A stretch of DNA of 64,000 bases from an uncultured Bacillota bacterium (lineage in GTDB: Bacteria; Bacillota_I; Bacilli_A; RFN20; CAG-826). Below the pieces are notes generated by a model. It had not been told where the DNA came from. It searched no databases and saw only the letters and a program-made list of their open reading frames with translations. This document shows, in pieces, positions 45,654 to 55,680 of this stretch (the stretch's first letter is position 1; the number at the start of each line of letters is the position of its first letter). A program made the position numbers and the translations under genes. The DNA lies in assembly GCA_949289845.1 (NCBI GenBank), contig CASEPN010000001.1:118887-182886 (forward strand), written 5' to 3'.

Positions 45654-45732
45654 CTGGCCGCCCTCCTGAAACGGGAGGCATTATCCTCTCCTCCGGGACA
45701 GGATGGGAAGGCTTGGCTATAATCCTCGGGAC

Positions 45733-45823
45733 GGAGGCATACCCAAGCGGCTGAAGGGGCCGGTCTTGAAAACCGGAAGCGGGTCTTTGCCCGGCGGGAG
45801 TTCGAATCTCCCTGCCTCCGCCA
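45733..45823 (+). tRNA. tRNA-Ser (anticodon TGA)
   Basis: Acceptor 'ggaggca/tgcctcc'. Anticodon loop 'cttgaaa'. Long variable arm 'aagcgggtctttgcccggc'. CCA encoded. TATAAT at 45718-45723. Confidence 0.9.
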
Positions 45824-46393
45824 AGCCTTTCCGTCCCGCGAGGGGTTTCGCGAACTAAGCCTTATTAGCCCAAGTCATGCGCAAGGCGCTTTGCGGATGG
45901 CTGAGGCCTAAGTTTCTTCCTCTCCTCGCTCTCGCATCTAAGACGGACCGCGTCCATCTTTTTATATGGGCGCAGGGCCGCTCTGTACGCCATTTAAAGG
46001 TCTATGAGGACCGCGTCCCCGGGGATCTCCGCCCGCGAAGAAGCTTCGAGGGAGGCTGGCTCTGGGCGAATGGGTTCATCAGGTTGCCCGAGGTAAGGAA
46101 GGCCATCCTCCTTTTCCGTCAGGCGGCGATGGAGTAGGGAAGGGAGGGAATCCCGTCGCCTGGGCCTGGCAAGGGCGCTCGCCCACGAGACGAGCTCCCT
46201 TCATTGCGGGCGCCACGCGATGGGGGCCTTCTATGGGCTTAGTGCGCTTTATTATCTTGAAAACCCAGCAGAACCGAATTCCTTTTATCGAAAAAGAAAG
46301 CGCCATGCTCCTTGAGGAACTCATGGAGGCCAGGCGCATTCACCTTGAGCCGAACGAATGGGCGCCCTTCCTAAGGAAGGAGATCCTGTCTTC

Positions 46394-47185
46394 CTAGGAA
46401 ACGATTCCGAAGTGACGGAGCGCCTTTGCAAGGCCGTCCTTTTCAATCTGGTCGGTCACGTAGAAGGCGGCTTCCTTGGCTTCTTCCTTCCCGTTCCCCA
46501 TGCAGATTCCGTACTTCACCATCCGGAACATCGGGATGTCGTTCAAGTCGTCCCCGAAGGCCATCGCCTCCTCGGGCTTGAGGCCGAGGTGGTGGTACAT
46601 TGTCAGCACGCCCTTGCTCTTGAGGAATTCTGTCGCGGTCAGTTCCACCGCGTTATTGGCGAAACGATCGAAATGGAGCCCGTGCTTCCGGCAAATGGCC
46701 TTGAGGCCTTCGTCTTCTTCCCTCCCCATGAGCGCCTGGGTGGCGAGGGCCTTCTCTCCCTTGTACTCGCTGATCGGGCGGGGGTATGGCTCGTACCAGA
46801 CCGAATAGAAGTCCTTGATGATCGCGGGGTCCCTTTCCTGGATATAGGAGTCGAACTGGCAGATGAGGTTATATCCGATTCCTCTTTCGTCCAGGTAGCG
46901 GATGACCTCTTCCTTCGCCTCGTCTTCCATGAAGTCCGCGTAGAGGGTCTTCTCCTTTGTGAAAGCGGCCCCTCCGTTGGAGACGACGAACCCGTCGAAG
47001 GGGATCTTCTCGAACGTCCCGAGCCCGCGGAGGGAGTGGTATGTCCTCGCCGAGTCGATGATGAGGAGGATCCCCTTCTCATGAGCCTCGTTGAGCGCCT
47101 TGACGCCTGCCTCGTTGAAGCTCCGTGTCTTGTGGTCGAATAGCGTCCAGTCGAAGTCGAGGAAGATTGCCTTGATGCTGTCCAT
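46394..47185 (-). CDS. Cof-type HAD-IIB family hydrolase (sugar-phosphatase-like)
   Basis: 'IKAIFLDFDWTLFDH' (DxD motif), 'LIIDSARTY', 'GDDLNDIPMF'. Start chosen at the ATG (47185) rather than the upstream TTG. Confidence 0.7.
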   Translation of the reverse strand: MDSIKAIFLDFDWTLFDHKTRSFNEAGVKALNEAHEKGILLIIDSARTYHSLRGLGTFEKIPFDGFVVSNGGAAFTKEKTLYADFMEDEAKEEVIRYLDERGIGYNLICQFDSYIQERDPAIIKDFYSVWYEPYPRPISEYKGEKALATQALMGREEDEGLKAICRKHGLHFDRFANNAVELTATEFLKSKGVLTMYHHLGLKPEEAMAFGDDLNDIPMFRMVKYGICMGNGKEEAKEAAFYVTDQIEKDGLAKALRHFGIVS

Positions 47186-47251
47186 AGGCAAGATTATAGG
47201 GAGGGAGAATTCCCTCCTGAAGGTATAATGGGAGCGCTTGGAGGACAATCT

Positions 47252-48301
47252 ATGCGAAAGAACGCCGCCTTGGCCTTCCTCGTCCCTCTCTTCGCCCTCG
47301 CTTCCTGCGGAGGGGAGGAGATCTCAAGCGCCCCGCGCCATGCCATCGACTGGGAGGAAGGAGAGGGCTACCTCATCACGAACCTTCCCGAAAGCGCGAT
47401 GGAGGGCGACCCCGTCTACTTCGATCTCGAGGTGCTCAGCGTCTTTTATAAGGTGGACGCCGTCTACATGAACGGGGAGGAGATCTTCGACACAGGGATC
47501 GGCTACCGCTTCACGATGCCCACGGAGGACGCCCTCGTCACGGTCGAGACGAGCCTCATCGAAAACTACGACGATCCCGAGGACAACCTTTCCTGGGGAA
47601 CTTCCTTCGACGGGAGGATCTCCGAGGCGAGCGAGTCGGACAAGGGCGCGAGCTGGGACGTGACGACGGAAATCCCGCTTCTCTTCCATAACATCAGCTC
47701 CGGGAGCTACGTCAGCTCGATCGAGGCGACCATCGACGTCAGCGATCCCGATGTCATTCCTCTGGACGCGATCGAGTTCGTCCCGGTGACCGCCTCCATG
47801 AGCAGCTCCATCGTCGGCGGCTACCTCGAGGTGGACCTCAAAGAGGTCAAGGCGGGGGAATGCCTCGTCTATGTCTCGCTTGATCCGAACAACGGCAGCC
47901 TCGGGACCCTCATCCGCAAGATCGAGGTGGTCCCCTACGGGGAGCTCAAGGTCGAGACGATGGAAGTCGAGGCGACCTTCGAGAACCGCTCCTCCTACCA
48001 AAGCGGAGTCTTCGTGAACATCAGCGACCAGGACTATATCTATGGCTCCGACACCAAGGAGATCCACACCGTCTGGCTGGACGAGCTGACGGACGGAACC
48101 TATGCCTTCGACTACGCGATCGGGCACACCTATCTCGTGAGCGCCGCCTACTATCCCGATGGCGCGACCACGATGGTCGGCCTCCACGTGAACGACTGGG
48201 TGGGCACGAACGAGGGAGGGGCGAGCAACCATATCCTGGACGGCTACCTCGTGCTCGAGACCCCGGGCGCTTCCCCGGCCATCGTCCTTGCGGACGACTG
48301 A
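47252..48301 (+). CDS. hypothetical lipoprotein
   Basis: 'MRKNAALAFLVPLFALASCGGEE' lipobox. RBS 'ggagga' 8 nt upstream. Confidence 0.5.
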   Translation: MRKNAALAFLVPLFALASCGGEEISSAPRHAIDWEEGEGYLITNLPESAMEGDPVYFDLEVLSVFYKVDAVYMNGEEIFDTGIGYRFTMPTEDALVTVETSLIENYDDPEDNLSWGTSFDGRISEASESDKGASWDVTTEIPLLFHNISSGSYVSSIEATIDVSDPDVIPLDAIEFVPVTASMSSSIVGGYLEVDLKEVKAGECLVYVSLDPNNGSLGTLIRKIEVVPYGELKVETMEVEATFENRSSYQSGVFVNISDQDYIYGSDTKEIHTVWLDELTDGTYAFDYAIGHTYLVSAAYYPDGATTMVGLHVNDWVGTNEGGASNHILDGYLVLETPGASPAIVLADD

Positions 48302-48359
48302 GAAGGGCGCATGAAGAAAGGCGGGGCCAGTTTATAAGCCCCGCCTTTTCTTTCCTTGC

Positions 48360-49775
48360 CTAGAGGGAGGAGACCACGAAGCTTGCCAGGAAGATCGCCC
48401 CCATCACGTAGACGGGGATCGAGATTTCCTTCGCTTTTCCCTCGAAGAGGCGCATCACGATGTAGCAGAGGATCCCGATGGCAAGGCCGTTCGAGAGGGA
48501 ATAGGTCAGGATCATCGAAAGGAAGAGGAGGATGCCCGACACAAGGGTGGTCGCGTCTTCCTTCGCAAGCTCGGGCAGGGACCCGGACATGATGAGGAGG
48601 CCGACGCCCGCTAGGGCGACCGCGTTCACCGAGCTATAGGAGAAGACGGAGAAGATGGGGAAGGCGAGCCCCGAGACGAGGAAGAGGAAGCCGGCGAGGA
48701 CGGCGCTCAACCCGGTCTTCGCCCCGAGGGAGATGCCGATCGTGCTTTCGGCGAAGGAGGTGACCGTTGAGGTGCCCAAGGGACCGCAGACGAGCGCCCC
48801 GAAGGCATCGGCGACCATCGCCTTCCTCCCTCCTTTCAGTTCCCCGTCCTCCCCGATGAGCCCGCAGTGCTTCCCGGCGGTGAGCATCGTCGCGGTCGTG
48901 TCGAACATGTTGACGAAGATAAGGGTGAAGACGGCGACGTAGGTCTGGGGATTGGCAAGGAGCGAGACGATCTTCTCCCCGTAGTCGACGCTTCCGTTGG
49001 CGGGGTCGAGCGCCCCGAAGAAGAGCACTTTGTCGAACCCGCTTACGCCCCAGAAGGCGGAAGGGTCTTCCCAAGGGGCGAGAGGAAGGCCCGAAAGGGC
49101 GGCGAACTCGCCTCTCCCCGAGGCCCCTAGGCTCAAGGAGGCGATGACCCCGACGACCGCGGTCACGACGATCGAGATAGGAATTGCTAGTTGAGAGAGG
49201 AGAGGAATCTTCTTGAACGCCATGAGCCCGGCGGCGAGGAGAATCCCGAAGGAGGCCAGGAGCACCCCAGGGGAGCTGAAGTCCCCGAGTGTCACGAGGG
49301 TGCTGCTGTCGGCGATGATCCCCGCGCCCTGGAGTCCGACGAAGAGGATGAATCCCCCTAGCCCGATCGAGATCGCCGAGCGAAGTCCCTTGGGGATCGC
49401 GTTCACGATCCAAGCGCGGAGCGGGGTGAGGGTGAGGACCATGAAGAGGACTCCGTTCACGGTGAGGAGCATCATCGCCTCGATCCAGTCGAAGCCCATC
49501 GTTCCGCAGATGGTGTAGCTGAGATAGGCGTTCATCCCCATCCCAGCGCTCAGGGCGAGCGGGTAGTTCGCCAGGAAGCCCATGAGAAGGCAGCAGAGGA
49601 AGCTCACGAGGGCGGTCGCGAAGAATACGCCGCCGGAGTCCATCCCGGTGCTCGATAGGAGGGCGGCGTTCACCGGGAGGATGTAGACGATGGAGGCGAA
49701 GGTGACGAGGCCTCCGATGAGCTCGCCCTTGAGGGAAGAGCCCCTTTCCTTCAGACGGAAGATCCGCTCAAGCAT
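48360..49775 (-). CDS. pbuG: NCS2/AzgA-family guanine/hypoxanthine permease
   Basis: 'MLERIFRLKERGSSLKGELIGGLVTFASIVYILPVN' is nearly identical in pattern to B. subtilis PbuG/PbuO 'MLERIFKLKENGTT..EIIAGLTTF'. Confidence 0.8.
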   Translation of the reverse strand: MLERIFRLKERGSSLKGELIGGLVTFASIVYILPVNAALLSSTGMDSGGVFFATALVSFLCCLLMGFLANYPLALSAGMGMNAYLSYTICGTMGFDWIEAMMLLTVNGVLFMVLTLTPLRAWIVNAIPKGLRSAISIGLGGFILFVGLQGAGIIADSSTLVTLGDFSSPGVLLASFGILLAAGLMAFKKIPLLSQLAIPISIVVTAVVGVIASLSLGASGRGEFAALSGLPLAPWEDPSAFWGVSGFDKVLFFGALDPANGSVDYGEKIVSLLANPQTYVAVFTLIFVNMFDTTATMLTAGKHCGLIGEDGELKGGRKAMVADAFGALVCGPLGTSTVTSFAESTIGISLGAKTGLSAVLAGFLFLVSGLAFPIFSVFSYSSVNAVALAGVGLLIMSGSLPELAKEDATTLVSGILLFLSMILTYSLSNGLAIGILCYIVMRLFEGKAKEISIPVYVMGAIFLASFVVSSL

Positions 49776-50538
49776 CGATGTCCGCCTCCATGACGACCGG
49801 GCAGTGGTCGGAGCCCATCACTTCGTCCAGGATCCGGATGTCGCTGACGAGGGGGACGAGCCCTTCGCTCAGGACGAAGTAGTCGATCCTCCAGCCAATG
49901 TTCTTCTCACGGGCGTGGAAGCGATAGCTCCACCAGCTGTATTGGGCCCGGTCGGGATTGCGTTCCCTCCAGACGTCGTGGTAGCCGTTCTGGAGGAGGC
50001 GCGAGAAGGAGTCTCTTTCTTCCTTCGTATAGCCGGGATTTCCTTCGTTCTGCTTTGGGTTCCTTAGGTCGATTGGCTCATGTGCGACGTTCAAATCCCC
50101 GCAATAAACGATTGGTTTCTTGGATTTCAGGGAATTCAGGTAATCTAGAAGATCGATTTCGTACTGCATCCGGAAGGAAAGTCTCTTCAGCCCGTCTCCG
50201 GCGTTGGGGACATAGGCGGCGACGAAATAGAAGGAGGGATACTCAAGGGTGATCACCCTTCCTTCTTCGTCATACTTTCCGTCGAGGAGCCCGTAATGGA
50301 CGGAAAGGGGCTTTTTCCTTGCGAATACGGCGACCCCGGAGTAGCCCTTCCTGGCCTTGGAGTTCGTGAAGTAGGTTTCGTAACCCTCTGGCTGGAATGG
50401 GAAGGAGCCGGGGGAGTCGTCGCTCCACTTGGTTTCGTTGAGGGCGAAGAGGTCCGCGTCGATCGCGCGGAAGGCATCGGCGAACCCCTTCCCGAGGATC
50501 GCGCGGATGCCATTCACGTTGAATGTGGCGAATTTCAT
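49768..50538 (-). CDS. xth: exodeoxyribonuclease III (AP endonuclease, Xth family)
   Basis: 'MKFATFNVNGIRA', 'LNETK', 'GDLNVAHEPIDL', 'SDHCPV'. Confidence 0.9.
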   Translation of the reverse strand: MKFATFNVNGIRAILGKGFADAFRAIDADLFALNETKWSDDSPGSFPFQPEGYETYFTNSKARKGYSGVAVFARKKPLSVHYGLLDGKYDEEGRVITLEYPSFYFVAAYVPNAGDGLKRLSFRMQYEIDLLDYLNSLKSKKPIVYCGDLNVAHEPIDLRNPKQNEGNPGYTKEERDSFSRLLQNGYHDVWRERNPDRAQYSWWSYRFHAREKNIGWRIDYFVLSEGLVPLVSDIRILDEVMGSDHCPVVMEADIDA

Positions 50539-50600
50539 GCTGGAGCCATTATATCGATGGCGGTGTAACTTCCGCAGTCATCTCGCTATATAGTGTCTCC

Positions 50601-50933
50601 ATGAGCGATATCAAGGACATGATCCAGAATCTTCGGGAGTTCACCGCGGAAAGGGACTGGGACCAGTTCCATTCTCCGGAGAACCTTGCCAAGTCCGTCG
50701 CCATCGAGGCGGGGGAGCTGCTCGAATGCTTCCAGTGGTCGGGCGAGGCCGACAAAGAACGTGTCGCGGAGGAGGCCTCCGACGTCCTCGCCTATCTTCT
50801 CCAGCTCTTCGACAAGATGGGCATCGACCCCGTCGAGGCGTTTCAAAAGAAGATGCAAAAGAACCGGGAGAAGTATCCTCCGGAGCTTGCCAGGGGATCG
50901 GCCCTCAAGTACGACCGCCTGAAGAAGAGCTAG
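50601..50933 (+). CDS. MazG-like nucleotide pyrophosphohydrolase (small all-alpha NTP-PPase)
   Basis: 'FTAERDWDQFHSPENLAKSVAIEAGELLECFQW' and 'EEASDVLAYLLQL' fit the MazG-type EExxE/D motifs. Start at the internal ATG 50601, because the annotated ORF start overlaps xth. Confidence 0.7.
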   Translation: MSDIKDMIQNLREFTAERDWDQFHSPENLAKSVAIEAGELLECFQWSGEADKERVAEEASDVLAYLLQLFDKMGIDPVEAFQKKMQKNREKYPPELARGSALKYDRLKKS

Positions 50934-50981
50934 CCTATTAGAGACATTGTTCGGGTTTCTTATTGTCTGCCAAGTCCAGCC

Positions 50982-51641
50982 TTGTTAGAGGCGCTTATGA
51001 ACGAAACGAAGGACGCGGTTGCCGAAATCCCGTACAAAGGCCTCGGATTCTTGATTTTCAAAGACGAGAAAAGAGGCTTTCCCGCAGAGCCGGAGGGCTT
51101 CGAGGAGAAACTGCCGCTCATGCGCCTTTCGCTTGGAGATAACGACATCAGGGCAACGGCTGGCATGCCGAAATGATGCTTCTTGGCGGGGAATAGGACG
51201 ACGCCTTAGAATCCTTCCGCAAACATCCCGAACACCTCAAGGCGCTATCGGAAGGACCTCAAAAGCGATCTTCTCCGGACATTCCATCATGAGTCCCTTA
51301 TGGGGGCGAAAGTTCCAGGGATCGCTGTTCGCAACGCTGCATTCTGGCATGACCTCGGCTTGAAGACCGCCGCGATTCCCGGTTTGGTGACCATTATCGA
51401 GCCCTTCGCCTTCGATATGTGCGAGCGCCTTGAGTCCGAGAAGCCTTCCTCCTCGCTCAAGTCAATCCTCTATCCGACTTTTGGGAGCAGCGCCAGACTT
51501 CTTGAGATCAAGATTCCATCGTCTGTCTCTTATGTCGGCCCGCTGGCCTTCAGGGGCTGCGATTCCCATTCGATCCGTTGCTGTGCCAGCGCCAAGCCTG
51601 AGGGGTGGGATATCCTTTGGAATCTCGACAATCGTCCGTGA
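50982..51641 (+). pseudogene. remnant of a BspA-like leucine-rich-repeat (LRR_5) surface protein gene, disrupted by in-frame stops
   Basis: 'IPGLVTIIEPFAFDMCERL..IKIPSSVSYVGPLAFRGCDSH' fits the 'IPxSVTxIGxxAFxxCxxL' repeat. The upstream ORF 50982..51176 is in the same frame and is separated by TGA/TAG codons. The segment has low GC. Confidence 0.35.
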
Positions 51642-51798
51642 AGCAAAGAAAGAGGCTCTTCGGCCGGTTGCCAACCCGTTCCTTGCGGCTTTGCCCTTGG
51701 CCGCCCTGCTTAAGGCGCCTTCACTTTCGTCAAGTTGGGGGGTTGCGTCGGCCAGGGGCGAGGTATAAACTCGCGGGGCTTTCGAAAGAAGGCGTTGT

Positions 51799-51875
51799 CG
51801 CGGGGTAGAGCAGCCTGGTAGCTCGTCAGGCCCATAACCTGAAGGCCGGTGGTTCAAATCCATCCCCCGCAACCA
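51799..51875 (+). tRNA. initiator tRNA-fMet (anticodon CAT)
   Basis: Near-identical to E. coli tRNA-fMet: C1xA72 mismatch ('cgcgggg..ccccgca a cca'), anticodon stem/loop 'tcaggcccataacctga'. Confidence 0.9.
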
Positions 51876-51883
51876 AAGGGAAC

Positions 51884-51910
51884 ACGCCCGGCTCCGGCCG
51901 GGCTTTTGTT
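51884..51910 (+). terminator. rho-independent terminator after tRNA-fMet
   Basis: 'gcccggc-tccg-gccgggc' followed by 'ttttgttt'. Confidence 0.65.
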
Positions 51911-52246
51911 TCGCATGGAGCCTCCCTCTTCAAGCAAGACGACGAAGGGAGCATTGCCCTGTCCGCTTACAAGGCCCTGCAGGGATTGCGTGAATCGGCA
52001 TTTTCCATAGCCGCAGGTTTGCGTTGCTTCTCGAGGAGGAAGCCTGGCCCATAGCGATTTCCTTAGAGTTGGAACTCATGGACTCTCCAGTTTGGAGAAT
52101 ATGTTTTTCCCGCGACGCACTAGGGTGTTTTCCTGTCTCTCTACGAAAACGATTGTCTAAGTAGAGTTTTCTCTTGTCTTTCTATCCTGCCGTTCATGGG
52201 ACTGAGGGCACCGTTACATTACGATGTCCTTCGTGGAGGAACCTTT

Positions 52247-53425
52247 ATGATCGTCACCGTGGTCGCAGACGTCCTCGGGGAGCAGAGCAATGGGATCACC
52301 ATCTGCGCGCTGAACCTCATCCAAGCCCTGAGCGACGCCGGGCATACCGTCCGGGTCCTCTGCGCGGACAAGGACAAGAAGAACAAGGAAGGCTACTACG
52401 TGCTGCCCGCCATCAACGTTGGGCCTTTCCAGCATATCGTCGACGAGAACGGCATCGTTATGGCGAAGCCTGACGCGATGGAGATCGGACGGGCCCTCAA
52501 GGGCAGCGATCTGGTGCATGTCATGGCGCCGTTCCCTATGGGGAGGGTCGCGGTGAAGATGGCTAACTCCTTTGGGATACCCGTGACCGCCGGCTTCCAT
52601 GTCCAGCCGAAGAACGTCACCGCCCATTTCGCCGGGACCTTCAACTCCCGTTTCTGGAACGACTTTCTCTTCAAGGACTTCTGGAAGCACTTCTACGCGC
52701 ACGTGGACGCCGTCCACTATCCCATCCAGTTCATCCGCGACATGTTCGAGAGGAGCTGCGGGCATAAGACGAACGGGTACGTCATCAGCAACGGCACCCC
52801 CAAGGATTTCCTCCCTCGCGAGGTCGAGAGGCCCGAGGAGTGGAAGGGGAAGTTCCTCATTGTCTGCACGGGCCGCTACTCGAAGGAGAAGAAGCAGATC
52901 CTCCTCCTCAAGGCGCTCACCCATTCCAAGCACAGGGACGAGATCCTTCCCGTCTTCCCCGGCCAGGGAAGGAAGGAGAAGGAGCTAAGGCGCTATAGCG
53001 AGCGCCACGGGCTCAGCCCCATATTCCGTCTTTTCGGAAGGGAGGAGATGAGCGACCTTCTCAACATGGCGGACCTCTACGTGCTCTCCAGCGAGGTCGA
53101 GATCGAGTCCGTCGCCTGCCTCGAGGCGATGACCTGCGGGGCGGTCCCGGTGATGAACGACTCCCCGTACAACGGGAACCGCAGCTATGCGCTTCACCCG
53201 GAGAACCTCTTCGCGATGAACAACCCCAGGGACCTCGCGAGGAAGATCGACTGGTGGATCGAGCATCCGGAGGTGCTCAAGACCACGAGGGAGCAGTACA
53301 TCCGCTTCTCCGAGGGGATGTCCATCGACAAGTCCATGAGGAAGATGGTCGCGATGGTGGAGGAAGTCGCTCGCACGAAGAAGGAGCCGCGCTGCCGGAA
53401 CGCCGCGCGGAAGAAGTGTGCCTAA
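52247..53425 (+). CDS. GT4-family glycosyltransferase, likely membrane glycolipid (diacylglycerol glycosyl) synthase
   Basis: N-terminal Rossmann 'MIVTVVADVLGEQSNGIT'. C-terminal GT4 E-x7-E region 'EVEIESVACLEAMTCGAVPV'. Followed by, and overlapping, an acyltransferase. Confidence 0.7.
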   Translation: MIVTVVADVLGEQSNGITICALNLIQALSDAGHTVRVLCADKDKKNKEGYYVLPAINVGPFQHIVDENGIVMAKPDAMEIGRALKGSDLVHVMAPFPMGRVAVKMANSFGIPVTAGFHVQPKNVTAHFAGTFNSRFWNDFLFKDFWKHFYAHVDAVHYPIQFIRDMFERSCGHKTNGYVISNGTPKDFLPREVERPEEWKGKFLIVCTGRYSKEKKQILLLKALTHSKHRDEILPVFPGQGRKEKELRRYSERHGLSPIFRLFGREEMSDLLNMADLYVLSSEVEIESVACLEAMTCGAVPVMNDSPYNGNRSYALHPENLFAMNNPRDLARKIDWWIEHPEVLKTTREQYIRFSEGMSIDKSMRKMVAMVEEVARTKKEPRCRNAARKKCA

Positions 53426-54287
53426 GAAGACCGTCCACTACGAATCGCTGACCCAGGAATTCGCCGCGACCAAGGACTGGAAGAGGGTCGACCTCCCGGA
53501 TGGGTACCGCTACGTGCGGACCAACCCCTTCTATCGCGCCTGGAGCTGGTTCCTTTACTACGTCGTCGCCATCCCCCTCGCCTTCCTTGTCCTCAAGGTC
53601 GGGACGCTTTACCGGGTCAAGGGGAAGAAGAAGCTCCGCTCCGCCAGAAAGAAAGGCGGGCTCTTCCTTTACATGAACCACACCGCGATCCTCGCGGACG
53701 TGACGATCCCGCTTGTCTCGGTCGGCTTCCCGCGGAGGGTGCGGATCATCTGCAACCGCGAGGCGGTGAGCAAGCCCGTGATCCGCTCGATCGTGAGCTG
53801 CCTCGCGGGGCTGCCCCTCCCTGGGGAGGACGTCCGCCAGGGAAAGGACTTCATGGATGCCGTCGAGCATTTCATCGGGAAAGGGGAGGACATCCTCGTC
53901 TTTCCCGAGGCCCACATCTGGCCTCGCTGCACCTTCATCCGCCCTTTCGCGCCTCATGCCTTCGTCTACCCCGCGAGGATGGGCCGCCCGGTGCTCGCCG
54001 CGGTCACCACGTACAAGAAGAGGAAGGTACTCCGATTCCTTCCCCCGACCCCCGTCATCCACCTGGGAGGGCCTTTCCTCCCGGACATGAGCCTGCCCCT
54101 TTCCGAGAGGACGAGGCTCCTCGAGGAGGAGGTCCGCTCCTTCATGGAGGAGAAGGCCGCCTCCCTGGATAACTACGAGTCCATCGAATACGTCCCTATG
54201 GAGAAGATTTCCGAAGCGTCTTCCTCCACTTCTTCCTCGGGGGACCCTATAATCGAGGCAACAACAAGGAGACCAGAAAGCAAATGA
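53418..54287 (+). CDS. lysophospholipid acyltransferase (PlsC-like) family protein
   Basis: '[11 protein letters not shown]' (HxxxxD motif) and '[11 protein letters not shown]' (FPEGTR-like). N-terminal TM helix. Confidence 0.65.
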   Translation: MPKKTVHYESLTQEFAATKDWKRVDLPDGYRYVRTNPFYRAWSWFLYYVVAIPLAFLVLKVGTLYRVKGKKKLRSARKKGGLFLYMNHTAILADVTIPLVSVGFPRRVRIICNREAVSKPVIRSIVSCLAGLPLPGEDVRQGKDFMDAVEHFIGKGEDILVFPEAHIWPRCTFIRPFAPHAFVYPARMGRPVLAAVTTYKKRKVLRFLPPTPVIHLGGPFLPDMSLPLSERTRLLEEEVRSFMEEKAASLDNYESIEYVPMEKISEASSSTSSSGDPIIEATTRRPESK

Positions 54288-54829
54288 AGTCACTCAAGGG
54301 AACCCAGACCGAGAAGAACCTCCAGGCCGCCTTCGCCGGCGAGAGCCAGGCCCGCAACAAGTACACCTACTTCGCGAGCAAGGCGAAGAAGGAAGGCTAC
54401 GAGCAGATCGCCGCGATCTTCCAGGAGACCGCCGACAACGAGAAGGAGCACGCCAAGCTCTGGTTCAAGTACCTCGAGGGCGGGGACATCAAGGGCACGA
54501 TCGAGAACCTCGAGGCGGCCGCCGCGGGCGAGAACTACGAGTGGACCGACATGTACGCCACCTTCGCGAAGGTCGCGCGCGAGGAGGGCTTCGACGAGAT
54601 CGCCCTCAAGTTCGAGATGGTCGCCGCCATCGAGAAGCACCACGAGGAGCGCTACCTCAAGCTTCTCGAGAACGTGAAGAACGGCGTCGTCTTCATCGGC
54701 GACAGCGATCACGCCGTCTGGAAGTGCCGCAACTGCGGTCACATCGTCATCGGGAAGTACGCGCCCCAGATCTGCCCGGTGTGCAACCATCCGCAGAGCT
54801 ACTTCGAGCTCCGCGCCACGAACTACTGA
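54284..54829 (+). CDS. rbr: rubrerythrin (ferritin-like diiron domain + C-terminal rubredoxin-like domain)
   Basis: '[23 protein letters not shown]', 'EKEHAKLW', 'CRNCGH..CPVCNHP'. Confidence 0.9.
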   Translation: MKSLKGTQTEKNLQAAFAGESQARNKYTYFASKAKKEGYEQIAAIFQETADNEKEHAKLWFKYLEGGDIKGTIENLEAAAAGENYEWTDMYATFAKVAREEGFDEIALKFEMVAAIEKHHEERYLKLLENVKNGVVFIGDSDHAVWKCRNCGHIVIGKYAPQICPVCNHPQSYFELRATNY

Positions 54830-54848
54830 TCCTAAGGAAGGGATCATC

Positions 54849-54878
54849 GGGCTCCTCCTCGCGGGGAGCCCTTTCCTT
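54849..54878 (+). terminator. putative rho-independent terminator after rbr
   Basis: 'gggctcc'-9 nt loop-'ggagccc' followed by 'tttcctt'. Confidence 0.5.
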
Positions 54879-54899
54879 ATCCTTCCCAAAGGAGAGGGA

Positions 54900-55586
54900 A
54901 TGGGGGACACTATGGTCATGCGCGAGATGTTGCTGTCCCTGTTGCCCGGCAACCGGAAGATGTATTCCCCGCTTGCCCTCAAGGGAGACCCTTCCTCCCC
55001 TCTTATGGGAGAGAGCATGCTTTTCCTTGGGAGCTCTGTCACCAGGGGATACGGGTCCCTCGGGGAAGCCTTCCCGGAATGCTTCCATTGGATGGACGGG
55101 GCGATCTTCACGAAAGAGGCTGTGGACGGGACGACGCTCGCCGACATGGATGACCGTTCCTACCTCGCGAGGCTCAGGAAGCATGAGGGGGAGTCCTTCG
55201 AATACATGTTCGTCCAGCTTTCGACCAACGACGCGTGGCAGAAGGCGCCCCTGGGGGACAAGGATTCCCAGGATACCGGGACTACGTTCGGGTCCCTCAA
55301 CGAGATCCTTCGCATCGGATCTTCTATATCAAGTACGCTTCCGATTGTATGGAGCAATCCGTATTTCAAGAACGACCGATATCGCGAAATGGTCTCGATT
55401 TGCAAGGAAATCTCTGCAGAAGGCCGGTGCTTGTTCCTTAATTTTTACGAAGACCCCGAAGTGAACTCCATCAGCAAGAAGGAAAGGCGCCTCTACCTCA
55501 TGGACGAAATCCATCCCACGCGGGCGGGTTACAGGGACTGGCTATTCCCGTATCTTCGGGATTTCGTCCTCGGTTCTTGTGATTAG
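54900..55586 (+). CDS. SGNH/GDSL-like hydrolase family protein
   Basis: 'MLFLGSSVTRGYG' is a GDS(L)-like block I, with a C-terminal 'DEIHPTRAGY' (DxxH block V). Confidence 0.45.
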   Translation: MGDTMVMREMLLSLLPGNRKMYSPLALKGDPSSPLMGESMLFLGSSVTRGYGSLGEAFPECFHWMDGAIFTKEAVDGTTLADMDDRSYLARLRKHEGESFEYMFVQLSTNDAWQKAPLGDKDSQDTGTTFGSLNEILRIGSSISSTLPIVWSNPYFKNDRYREMVSICKEISAEGRCLFLNFYEDPEVNSISKKERRLYLMDEIHPTRAGYRDWLFPYLRDFVLGSCD

Positions 55587-55680
55587 TTTCTTATCAACGA
55601 ATATCGTATGACACTCACTATTAATCAAAAAACATTATATATAGTTAAAATCTAAGATAAGGATATCAGAAACTCAGTTT

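Noticed and set aside
45654-45732. Possible yybP-ykoY Mn riboswitch in the mntP leader
   Set aside because: The leader is only about 80 nt before the divergent tRNA-Ser. The conserved riboswitch cores were not found. Only a short hairpin (cctcc-tgaaacg-ggagg) is present.
47205-47225. Palindrome ggaggg-agaatt-ccctcc between the divergent Cof hydrolase and lipoprotein genes
   Set aside because: It is short and has no flanking T-run. It could be an operator, but there is no supporting second copy or nearby regulator, so it is left unannotated.
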